Below are positions 14,301-27,039 of a stretch of DNA of 64,000 nucleotides, one piece after another. A program made the position numbers and the translations under genes. The notes beneath the pieces are model-generated. The model was given only the letters and a program-made list of their open reading frames with translations, did not search any database and was not told where the DNA came from. This DNA is from Octopus sinensis (lineage: Eukaryota). The DNA is taken from positions 9,114,001 to 9,178,000 of the forward strand of contig NC_043021.1 in the NCBI RefSeq assembly GCF_006345805.1, read 5' to 3'. Position 1 is the first letter of the stretch, and every line of letters begins with the position of its first letter.

Positions 14301-17300
14301 CCTAGCCGATGAGGACCAATCATTTTTATGATAATAAACACATTCTGAAAAGTCTGAGCACTAGGTTGTCCATTTCTCTGGCATTCTTCCCAGAGGTAAG
14401 ATGAAAATTTTTTATGTTCGCCACCTGCACACACAACTTTTGCCTCTACGTATTTAGTGAAGCTTTACCTAGCATTGAATGGTTATCAACTGCTGTTTCC
14501 AGCAAAAATTGGTACCTTGTAGTGCAACCATTTCCTATATACATGGGTATATATATGCATATATATATATATATGTGTGTGTGTATATGTGTGTGTGTAT
14601 ATGTGTGTAAATAAATATAAATCATTATCATCGTTTAGCGTCTGCTTTTCATGCTGGCATGGGTTGGACGGTTCAACTGGGGTCTGGGAAGCCAGAAGCC
14701 TGCACCAGGCCCAGTCTGATCTGGCAATGTTTCTACGGCTGGATGCCCTTCCTAACGCCAACCACTCCATGAGTGTAGTGGGTGCTTTTTACGTGCCAGG
14801 CGAGGCTGGCAAACGGCCACGATCGGATGGTGCTTTTTACGTGCCACCGGCAGTAATGGTAAGACAACAAAAGAATGAATGAGACCTAGAGGAATTTATC
14901 TGTAACTAGCAGTATCGCCCGGCGTTGCTCGGGTTTGTAAGGGAAATAACTATATAAGCATTTTTAGAGATGTAAAGTATAATAGCCATCTCAATATGGC
15001 TAACCACAAAGGGGGGGGGTGTTACTATAGCTTTTTACGGTCTGAGATTTAATAATAAATTTTTAGAGAGTTACTTCCCTTATATATGCCAAAAATGCAT
15101 TAAAAATGTGAAAAATTGATCGTAAATTTTTTTTTAAATCATAGACTCATCGTAGACGCGCGCTAATACCCAGAAGGGCTCGATATGTATCACGACTATA
15201 AGATACCCGGTTTTGGTTGAACTGCACCGCAAAATGTGGGAGTAGTTAGGAATCTAAATCGTAGGAGACAGACAGCACACAACCTCACTTTTATATATAA
15301 AGATATAATATGTGACAATTATTCAGTTGCCATAATGAGACTGAGTTTTGGATGTCAGGGCAGAAAACTGCTCTGGCATCTCGTCAGTTATTGAGGCAAT
15401 CAAAAAAATGCTATGAAAATGATCGTTAAACAAAGGGAAATTACTCTGTAATTGACCATTATTAAGACAAAAGAGATATTAGAATGACTGTTAAATAAGG
15501 GGAAAAAAACCTAAGGGTAGAAAGTAAAAAAAATAAAGTAAAATTGCTCATAGAAATCGTGTATGCAAGCATAAACATGCACGCACGCACATCCACGTAC
15601 ATGTGCCTACATGCATATGCTCACTCACACATATGCCAATATATGCAACCATGCATGTACACATATACATATGCTCATATGTGCACAAAAATATTCAAAC
15701 ACGTCTAAAAATATGCACATGCTATATATGCATATACTCACACTCGCGTGAAACATGCATGTGCACCCACATATATATGCAACATTACACATGTACGCAT
15801 ATACATACCTGCGCGCACACACACACACACACGTGTGCACACATGCACTTACCCATACGTGCACAATTATATTCAAATACACGTCTAAAATACGTACATG
15901 CTATATAATCATATGCTCACTCACGTGAAACACATGAACACCCACATACATATATGCAACCATACACATGTACCTGTGCGCACACACGATGTACACATAG
16001 GCACATCCACACACATGCATGCACACACGTGCACATACCCATACATGCATGCTTATATTCAAATACATGTCTAAAATACGTACATGCTATATATGCATAT
16101 GCTCACTCACATTCGCATGTACACCCACATATATATATGCAACCATACACATGTGCATGTATACATACCTGCACACACACACACACACACGTGTATATAC
16201 CCCTATGCACAAAAAGTTCATATACATGTCTATATATGCACATGCACAAGAAAAATGCAGGGTGAAATACAGGAAAAAAAATGTGTAAAAATATATAAAG
16301 CAATAAAAATATATCTATAAATATGTAAAAAAAATATATAAAAAGTATAGAGAAATAAAATGCTTGTACATGGACACAATATAAAAAGCAGGTTTTATCT
16401 GTGATCTTGCGGGGGACCAAAAACATAACAAATATTTAGCCATATATGGACATGACCCAAAAGGTTCAGTTCTTGAATTTAGACATGTAGCGGGGTCTAT
16501 GCTGCTTTTCCAGATGAGCCATCTTTCCAGATCACAAAGACTGCACTTTCCCCTGCTGTTGGTGTGAGGCTTACACTTGGCTAAGATCTTCCAATGGGTG
16601 TTGTAACTGACACCTTTATCTTTTAAGAACCATATATGACTGGATAATTTGGTCGTTTTCCTTTTATCCCACTGCCTGAAGCTCAAGGTGTGATTGTTGA
16701 ACCTGGCCTTAAAATTCCCCTCTGTAAGACCCATATATTTCTTTTTCAAAACTGTGTCCTTTGTGGTTGTAGAGTCTACGGTGTCTTCGTAAATGATGGT
16801 CCCGGACATGCAAGCTCCATTTAGTGGGCACAAATTTTTATCCCCGCATGAACAGCTGGTTTCATTTTGTGGTTTTTGTGTGTGATTATATTTTTTAAAT
16901 TAGTAGTTGAGCTAAAACTGATTTTTAAGTTATGTCTATTGAAGAGCATTCTGTAACTATGATTGACTGGTAAATGTCTATCTATCAGTGCTAAGAAATA
17001 CTTACCTATATTGAAGATCACTTCAGGTGAGTGTAAACCAGATAGTGTTCCTTTTCTTTATTATTGGACTGGTGACAGGTGTATAGGTTATTTCCTCGTT
17101 AAATCCACTATCTTTTAGAGCATTATTATATACTGGGGCAACGCTATTAAAAATGTCCTTATCAGAGTAGAGGCTAGAAATTCTTTTACTAATGTTGTTA
17201 ACTAAATTTTTAAACACTATGGGGTGGGGGTGGTGTGCAGGAACCCACATTAATATAACTAAGTCTATCGTTGGGCTTCCTATAACATTTATAAATATTC

Positions 17301-20290
17301 TTATTTAGATCTAAGGATACATCTAGGAAATTGACAACTGTCAGGTTGGTATCTGTAGTTTTGCTAAGACCGAAAGTTTTCATCGTTTGGATAATGTCCT
17401 TCCTAAACCAATCTTGTGCTAGTCCATTGGTATTTGTGGTTAAGGTGAGGGCATCATCTTTGTAAAAGGTGAAATATACATCAGGGAAAGTCTTGCCCAA
17501 TGTATCGAGTAGGAATAGTCAAATGAGATTGCATATGCCTATTCCTACTCGATACGTTGAGCAAGGCTTTCCCTGATGTATATTTCACCATTTACAAAGA
17601 TGATGTCCTAGCTTTAACCAGAAATATCAATGGACCAGCACAAGATCGGTTTAGGAAGGACATTATCCAAACGATGAAAACTTTCGGTCTTAGCAAAACT
17701 ACAGATACCAACCTGACAGTTGTCAATTTCCTAGATGTATCCTTAGATCTAAACAAGAATATTTATAAACCCTACAGGAAGCCCAATGATAGACTTAGTT
17801 ATATTAATGTGGGTTCCTGCACACCACCCCCACCCCATAGTGTTTAAAAATTTAGTTAACAACATTAGTAAAAGAATTTCTAGCCTCTCCTCTAATAAGG
17901 ACATTTTTAATAGCGTTGCCCTAGTATATAATAAGGCTCTAAAAGATAGTGGATTTAACGAGGAAATAACCTATACACCTGTCACCAGTCCAATAATAAA
18001 GAAAAGAAAAACTATCTGGTTCACACTCACCTGAAGTGATCTTCAATATAGGTAAGTATTTCTTAGCACTGATAGACATTTTCCAGTCAATCATAGTTAC
18101 AGAATGCTCTTCAATAGACAACTTAAAAATCAGTTTTAGCTCAACTACTAATTTAAAAAATATAATCACACACAACACACAAAAACCACAAAATGAAACC
18201 AGCTGTTCATGCAGGGATAAAAATTTGTGCCCACTAAATGGAACTTGCATGTCCGGGACCATCATTTATGAAGACACCATAGACTCTACAACCACAAAGG
18301 ACACAGTTTTGGAAAAGAAATAAGTGGGTCTTACAGAGGGGAATTTTAAGGCCAGGTTCAACAATCATACCTTGAGCTTCAGGCAGTGGGGTAAAAAGAA
18401 AACGACCAAATTATCCAGTCATATATGGTCCTTAAAAGATAAAGGTGTCAGTTATAACACCCACTGGAAGATCTTAGCCATGTGTAAGCCTTACACCAGT
18501 GGCAGTGGAAAGTGCAGTCTTTGTGATATGGAAAGATGGCTCGTCTGGAAAAGCAGCATAGACCCCGCTACATGTCTAAATTCAAGAACTGAACCTTTTG
18601 GATCATGTCCACATATGGCTAAATATTTGTTACGTTTTTGGTCCCCACAAGATCACAGAACTTGCTTTTTATATTGTGTCCATGGACAAGCATTTTATCT
18701 CTATATACTTTTTATATATATTTTTTACATATTTATAGATACATTTTTATTGCTTTATATATTTTTACACATTTTTTTCTGTATTTTATCTTTCACCTGC
18801 ATTTTTCTTGTGCATGTGCATATATAGACATCTATATGAACTTTTTTGTGCACATAGTGGTATATACATTGTGTGTGTGTGCAGGTATGTATACATGCAC
18901 ATGTGTATGGTTGCATATATATATGTGGGTGTACATGCGAGTGAGAGTGAGCATATGCATATATAGCATGTACGTATTTTAGACATGTATTTCAATATAA
19001 GCATGCATGTATGGGTATGTGCACGTGTGTGCATGCATGTGTGTGGATGTGCCTATGTGTACATCGTGTGTGTGCGCAGGTATATGTGTACATGTGTAAT
19101 GTTGCATATATATGTGGGTGTATATGCGAGTGTTTCACGTGAGTGAGTATATGCATATATAGCATGTGCGTATTTTTAGACATTTGAATATAATTGTGCG
19201 CGTATGGGTATGTGCACATGTGTGCACGTATGTATACGTGTACATGCATGGTTGCATATATATATGTGCATATATTGGCGTATGTGTGTGTGTGTACACA
19301 TGTAGGTTTCATGCGAGTGTGAGTGAGCATATGCATATAGACCCATGTATGTGGGTGTGCATGCGTGCATGTATATGTATATGCACGCATACGCAATTTC
19401 TATGAGCAATTTTACTTCTTTACTTTCTACCCCTAGGTTTTTTTCCCCTTATTTAGCGGTCATTCTAATATCTCTTTTGTCTTAATAATGGTCTATTACA
19501 TAGTAATTTCCCTTTGTTTAACGATCATTTTCATAGCATTTTTTGATTGCCTCAATAACTGACGAGATGCCAGAGCAGTTTTCCACCCCGATATCTGAAA
19601 CTCAGAGGCTTATTATGGTAACCGAATAACTGTCATATATTATATTAGAGAGATATATATATATATATATATATACATGTAATTGCATGGAAGGGGTTGA
19701 TAAGCCATTTAAGAAACACACAAAAACCATTAGATTCACTTCAACATTTAAATTTAATTTGCCAAAATATTTTCATCGCTTTGAGACCGCGACCTGTTCA
19801 CTGACAACATTCCGTGCTGCATCTGAGAAAGTAACAGTTAGTTCATGATATATATATATATATATGTATGTACGTGTGTATGTATATATGTGTGTAAGTA
19901 TGTATGTATGTGTGCGCGTGTGCGTGTGTAGATGCATGCCTGTGCGTATGTACTTATGTATGTACGTGAATATTTAGGTACGTGTGTAGACATGTCTGTG
20001 TGTGTGTATGTATGTACATGTGAACATATGTTTATGTACTAATATGTGTGTTCAAGTTGTATACATGACTGTTACTTTGTTGAAGGTTGTATACACACAC
20101 ATACATACATATGCATATATATAGACACACACGTGTGTGTGTGCGTGTCCTTCTCACCACCGTCTAACAGTGAATAGATGTGTCTTAGATACGTATATGT
20201 ACATATAACCTTACTTATACATATATACAAGTACACACACTCACAAATATATGTATAATCTTAAAGTATACACACATATATACTTACCCA

Positions 20291-20329
<39 letters not shown>

Positions 20330-23300
20330 CAATTTTCAAGGCTAACGGTTAAAATTAAAATTTGCTTTTTTTTTATTTTTTAATCTTTTTTTTACACACA
20401 TACATATGCAATACATACATATATCTACACACATACTCATATGTGCATACATGTACATACTCATACACTAACATACTCACACAACACATACACACACACA
20501 TCTACACATACATATGTATCAAACTATGTACGCTCATACGGTTATATATAACTACATATATGAATTTCAGCATCATGCATCTCAACATATTTGGATTTCC
20601 ACATGTAAATGAGAGAAAGGGGTGGCTATAGAGGGGTACTCCCGAGTGGAATCTGGGTGTTACCCCATTCGGATTTTCGGTTGAGAGTGGGTTTGTATTC
20701 TTGTATACAAACAGCTCCAGTGACCTGTCTCAGCATTGTATCAGTGGGATGTGTGGATAAGATGCTTAACTCAAGTCTCCCTAAGGAGCCCTTGTAGCAG
20801 TCTAAAGCATGCTGATAGAAGATGGAGTTTGGCTTCTTTTCAATGTAGTTGTCCAGGTGTTCTTTGAACCTATCATTGATGCTCCTAGAAGCCTCACCAA
20901 TATATGACTGGTATAATCGCGCAAGCTCTTTCTTGGCACTCAATCTGGTATAGTGCTCTTCGTTTGGCAGTTCACATGTGGGTTTGTAGATCATACTGCA
21001 CAATTATTTGGACACGTGATTCTATCACATGGATATGATCTACATAATACAGATTTGATAGTCCTACCTGTCTTTTCTACAACTCTGATCTTAAGGCCAG
21101 CTGTACGCAGGATTTTCTTGAATGCCTTACTTAATTCGTTCTTAGGTGTAGCATCAACAAACACTACACTGTGAAACTTCTTGTTATCATACCGAGTATT
21201 GTTTTTTATTTCTTTTGTTGGTTTCCCTCTCTAACCTATTCCAGAACATCCTGCGGTATAGGGGGCGTATATACCGTTTTTGTCATTTCTTAGAATACGT
21301 TCAAATCTTGTTTTTGCTCCTATGTACACTCTGATTCTATCGTGTTGTGTGTATCCGGAACGTTGCATTCGGAATATGTAGTGCTGGATGTGTTGTTGTC
21401 ATTCTTGTGGTTGGCATAGTGGGGATACATACCTCATTACACTAAGTCTGCCATGAGGATGTTGATCTTGGTAGTACACGACATCGCTGAGTCACTATGG
21501 ATTACCAGTGGATTAGCCATAGGTTTACAATAGTGTGAGTGGAGTAAACAGGGTTTAACAGTTCCGTTAACCCTTTAGCATTTAAACCGGCCATATCTGG
21601 CCAAAAGTATTCTGCCTGTTTTATGGTCAGACTGGCCAGATCTGGTCTCTCACACTAACCCTACAATATCGTTTTAAAAATTACAGGTACCTCATCAAAA
21701 TCTCAAAGATTCAAGATAATGCATGATTAGTTCAAAACAATTTAGATAAAAAAGGATTAATTTTGGCAGAATAATGCGAACACTAAAGGGTTACTCATAG
21801 TATTTTCTATCCACAGCTCAGCGTCTAGGACAGGTAATCTATTACTAGGGTATTTAGAGGGGTAGTCTACAGTAACCTTTAAACTGCTATGGATAGAGTC
21901 AGCTATGTGTTGTATAGCTGTCATCACCTGTTCTTCATTTAGTAGAGTGTCCATATGTGTATGTCCATATGTCTATTGCATTTCACGACAAGGTTAATGT
22001 TGTGAATGTATCGAGAGTACATAGCTAAATGTATGTTACGGGTCACTAGGCACTGTTTAAAATGTCTGTCCCACCATACCATGACGAGGTTAGCAACATC
22101 ACCGGCAATCCCTACTCCAATAGCACCACCTTTCATCTGTTTATACAGTTTATTGTTAAACTTAAAAATATGGTTTTTAAAAGTAGTTCTAGGGCTGACA
22201 CTGATAGCATGTGCAACAGTAGTTCTGATGGTGTGTACATCTGAAGGTTGGTGGTGTTGTTTCGTCCAGCCATGCCAGCATTCATTGTGGGTCTTTTTGT
22301 ATGATGAGCTGGCAGAAACGTTAGCACGCCGGGCGAAATGCTTAGCGGTATTTCGTCTGCGTTACGTTGTGAGTTCAAATTCCGCCGAGGTCGACTTTGC
22401 CTTTCATCCTTTCGGGGTCGATAAATTAAGTACCAGTTACGCACTGGGGTCGATGTAATCGACTTAATACCTATGTCTGTCCTTGTTTGTCCCCTCTGTG
22501 TTTAGCCCCTTGTGGGTAATAAAGAAATAGGTATACCTCTTTTGTTATAGGTGAGACAAGTATATACAAGATTATTGCGTGACAGATATTCATCGGTACA
22601 AGTATATTTATATAGATGTATGTATGTATGTATATATTTTATTTTTCATTTCAGCTCAAAGCTGTGGCCATGCTGGGACACCGCCATTAAATATATATAT
22701 CGAAATCGATCAACATCAATGGAAATCGTACCTGCGATACCGTAAGAGTACCATCCGAATGTGGCCGTTGCCAGTGCCGCCCCAACTGGTCTCCGACTGG
22801 TGGCATGTAAAAAGCACCATCCGATCATTACCGTTTGCTACCCTTATCTGGCACCTGTGCAGGTGGCACGTAAAAAGCACCCACTACACTCACGGAGTGG
22901 TTGGCGTTAGGAAGGGCATCCAGCTGTAGAAACACTGCCAGGTCAGACTGGGCCTGACGCAGCCTTCTGGCTTCCCAGACCCCAGTTGAACCGTCCAACC
23001 CATGCTAGCATGGAAAACGGACATTAAACGATGATGATGTGTGTGTCCGATGAACGGCAACGGGAAACTCAGTGAATTTTCTGCTGCGTTAAATAAAGTA
23101 TATATATATATATATATATATATAGTCCAAAAGTAGAGAAAACACAAAGATGAGGTGGAAGAACAACATACTGGGTGTATTAAATTGATGCCCAGGAAAA
23201 ATGGAAGAAATCTTTAATGTTTCAAGCCTACATGCTCCTACAGAAAGGAGAGACAAGAAGGAAAAAGAAAAGATGGATAGAAAAAAAAAAAATCAAGTCT

Positions 23301-26300
23301 GAATTAAACAATCAAGGCATGTACAGCTGAATGCATAAATATATATCATAGATACAGATGGAAAAAAAAGGTACTCAGGAAATGTAATTAGTATTTATGC
23401 TTTTATATAACATACACATGTTTCAGAGGAGGCGCAATGGCCCAGTGGTTAGGGCAGCGGACTCGCGGTCATAGGATCGCGGTTTCGATTCCCAGACCGG
23501 GCTTTTGTGAGTGTTTATTGAGCGAAAACACCTAAAGCTCCACGAGGCTCCGGCAGGGGATGGTGGTGATCCCTGCTGTACTCTTTCACCACAACTTTCT
23601 CTCACTCTTACTTCCTGTTTCTGTTGTACCTGTATTTCAAAGGGACCAGCCTTGTCACTCTCTGTGTCACGCTGAATATCCCCGAGAACTACGTTAAGGG
23701 TACACGTGTCTGTGGAGTGCTCAGCCACTTGCACGTTAATTTCACGAGCAGGCTGTTCCGTTGATCGGATCAACCAGAACCCTCGTCGTCGTAACCGACG
23801 GAGTGCTTCCATACATGTTTCAGAAGACTGGCAAAGCATGTGACAGTTGCTTGCTTTTTTTATTTTCTAATTGAATTTATGTAGACTTTCCCACCAAAGG
23901 TTTACTGACCGTCAGCATTATGTCTCAGCAGTCAGAGTGTTGACGTGTTTGACAGTCAAATTTTGATCATTAGGTTTTTATATTTCTTTATGCCAATAGC
24001 AATATGCTAATTTTTTTTAATGTGTGTGTTTATGCGTTCATTTCGACACTGTACTGTGATATGAGAGATGTTTCCATAATCTTCTATTTTTGTGTGGAAT
24101 TTTATAAAGTACATAAGTATTTTCCTCTAGAATTTTCCTATCTACTGTATTTTAACCTGTATAACGAACCCCCTAATTTTGGGGGTATAAAATTTGGAAA
24201 AAAAAGGTTTTGTATGAGATTATAATACGATCTACGTATAAAAAAACTCCCATATTTTTTTAACCTAATTTTTGACAAAAATGTGTTCCTTATGCACATT
24301 TAACCCTTTCGTTACTAACCCGGCTGAAACCGGCCCTAGCTCTGTAGTACAAATGTCTTGTTTTCATAAGTTTTGAATTAAAATATTCCAAGCCTTAGTC
24401 ACAATTAATGTTCCTAACACTAACTTAATGATAACTAAGTTATTTTACTAAATTCTTTGTTATATTTAAAATAATTGAGAGAGAAACAGAGAATCTCAAA
24501 ATAAATATGGTAATGAAAGGGTTAAATACAGTAATTCTGTTTTGTGATGTGTAGTATAAAGTGCAATAGCTCCATGTTGCAAATGCATAGTGAGTCTCTG
24601 TGAGATTGTTGTACAGGTCTGTCCAGTATCATCTGTATCTATGCTTTATATAATGTACATGTGTTTCAGAAGACTGGCAAAACAATGATAACATGCACTT
24701 AAATGCCCAATTACACAACAAATGCAGCTGGTTAACCATATCAGCATTATTAGTAAAAAATAGAACGAGAGATGTTGGCCCTTATATACACCAATATGCA
24801 AATAAGAAGAGCTAAGTTATTATAGGAGGAAAGAAAGGAAATGAGAAGGTAAGGAGGAGTGTGATGGGGTAAAGAAAGGAAAGCTCTTCAATCACTGCCA
24901 ACTGCCACAAGAACAAAGGAAGGGTCCACAGGAAATGGTGGTGCAGGCAAAGAAGGAAGATCAGAGAAATAATGATAATTACAGGTATCTCACACTGAAG
25001 GACTATGTCTTACGAATGGTTTCAGAGATTCCGAGTAAAATTAGTTGAGGACAAATGTAACTTTGATAAGATGTAGTTAGAGTTTTGTATGAGGACACGG
25101 AAGCAGAGGTGATATAAGCTAGTAAAGGGGAGCTTCGGCACAATTGTTTGACCTACTTAGAAATAGCAGTCAAATTTCCCTCTAATGACACTTCATTCTC
25201 CTTAAAGAAAAAAGAACATTCATGTTAATTGTCTTAATAAAAGATTATGATCTTCGACTATACTTTGGCTGGACAAGAGTTGACTTGGGGGCCAAGCAAC
25301 AAAAAAAAAACAAACAAAAAAACAGGTGGTTGTTTGCGTAACCCCAGGTCAGCTTCGATTGAGAAGGCTTATGATTAAAGACATTCCAGTTAATGACCAT
25401 CCTGTCTTTTCCTAAGTGCATATCACATTATCCAACATTATATTTTTAAAATGGTAGAAACAGGCATGTCTGTGATTGAGAAGTTAAGTTAATCACGTGG
25501 TTACAGGTTCAATCCTAACCACCGCATGGCACCTTGAAGGGGTATTTTTAATGCAGCCCATTGTGTGTGTGTCTGAATGTTTACATTCTATGCTTGCATG
25601 TAAATAGTCATGAACTTTGTTGACCATGCTCTGACAACAAATTATCACTAGTTCTGTACTTTGGAAGACATGCAAGATAAAAAAAAAAAAACCAATACTA
25701 CCTTACTTGATAAAAATACCTCAATAATATGTACTCATCAAACCCATGCCGGCATGGAAAAACAAATGTAAAATGAACAATCGAAGTGTTTGATTTGATG
25801 GAATTTGACTGTTATTTCTAGCAGGTTGAGTGGCTTTGTAGAGACTCCCTTACTGGCTTGAACGAACCAGGTGAACATCAACTGTGATACTCACGTTTTT
25901 CTTTTTGAAGGCCTACATTTGATCTGACATAAGACACTCAGGTATTTATTTACCTAAATAAAAGATGAAGAAAAATATTAAAATGTAAGTAAATGAGTAA
26001 ATGCACACACACACACACACACACAAAAACATGTCTATTCTAATACCTTGCTCATTTCAGTCACTGGAATGTGGCTATGTTGGGACACCACATATAAGGG
26101 GTTTTTTTAGTCATGCGATGACCCCAGTAATTATACCTTGGACTTTGGAAGGAAAAAAGACAATGCAGACTATATCAACATCATTTATGGAATTATTTAC
26201 ATTATTTACGTTCGACGGATATTTGTCCTCATCTTGTTTTGTTGTTAACACAATTCAGCTGATATACCCTCCAGCCTGTTTCAGGTGTCTTGGGAAAATT

Positions 26301-26997
26301 TCGAATTCCGTCAAGGTTGACTTTGCCTTTCATCCTTTCGGGGTTGATAAATTAAGGACCAGCTACACACTGGGGGTCGATATAATCGACTTAATCCGTT
26401 TGTCTGTCCTTGTTTGTCCTCTCTGTGTTTAGCCCCTTGTGGGTAGTAAAGAAATAGTTATTATTATTATTATTATTATTATTATTGTAAGTATTCAGGT
26501 CACTGCTTGGAATCGAACTTGGAATCTTGGGGTTAGTAGCCTGCGCCCTTAACCACTACGCCATATGCCTGTGGGCAATTATGGAGTTCTGAATATAGAA
26601 CTGTATCATTTATGCAAGTTTAAAGGCGGTGTGCTGGCAGAGTCTTTAGCACGCCAGGCAAAATGCTTAGCCATGTTTTGTCTGTCTGTCTGTTCTGAGA
26701 TCAAATTCTAGCAAGGTTGACTTTGTTTTTCATCCTTAAAGGGTTGACAAAATAAGTACTAGTTGAACACTGGTCCCTTGAAATTGGTGACTTTATGCCA
26801 AAATTTGAAATTAATATTAGGAGGGTGCAGGAGTGGCTGTGTGGTAAGTAGCTTGCTTACCAACCACATGGTTTCCGGGTTCACTCCCACTGCGTGACAC
26901 CTTGGGCAAGTGTCTCCTACTATAGCCTCGGGCCAACCAAAACCTTGTGAGTGGATTTGGTAGACAGAAACTGAAAGAAGTCTGTTGCATATATGTT

Positions 26998-27039
<42 letters not shown>

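Noticed and set aside
14246-14434. Minus-strand ORF with an AG acceptor as an extra SLF1 exon
   Set aside because: No good donor in a compatible phase; the flanking exons already join in frame.
18020-18040. TGA after IWFTLT, shared by both palindrome arms, as a recoding site
   Set aside because: It coincides with a frameshifting deletion in the IWF...NIGK region that predates the duplication, and is not a Cys position.
20380-20670. SECIS element downstream of the Naiad ORF
   Set aside because: The ggggta...tacccc hairpin and nearby ATGA motifs do not give the AUGA/GA quartet with a correctly spaced AA loop by eye. SECISearch3 on a consensus is needed.
21395-21410. Second in-frame TGA in the Naiad RT thumb (QE*QQH) as selenocysteine
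   Set aside because: It is not at a Cys motif and is most simply explained by CGA-to-TGA decay.
23426-23500. SINE heads as functional tRNA genes
   Set aside because: They continue into multi-copy SINE bodies with TSDs and lack a proper acceptor stem.
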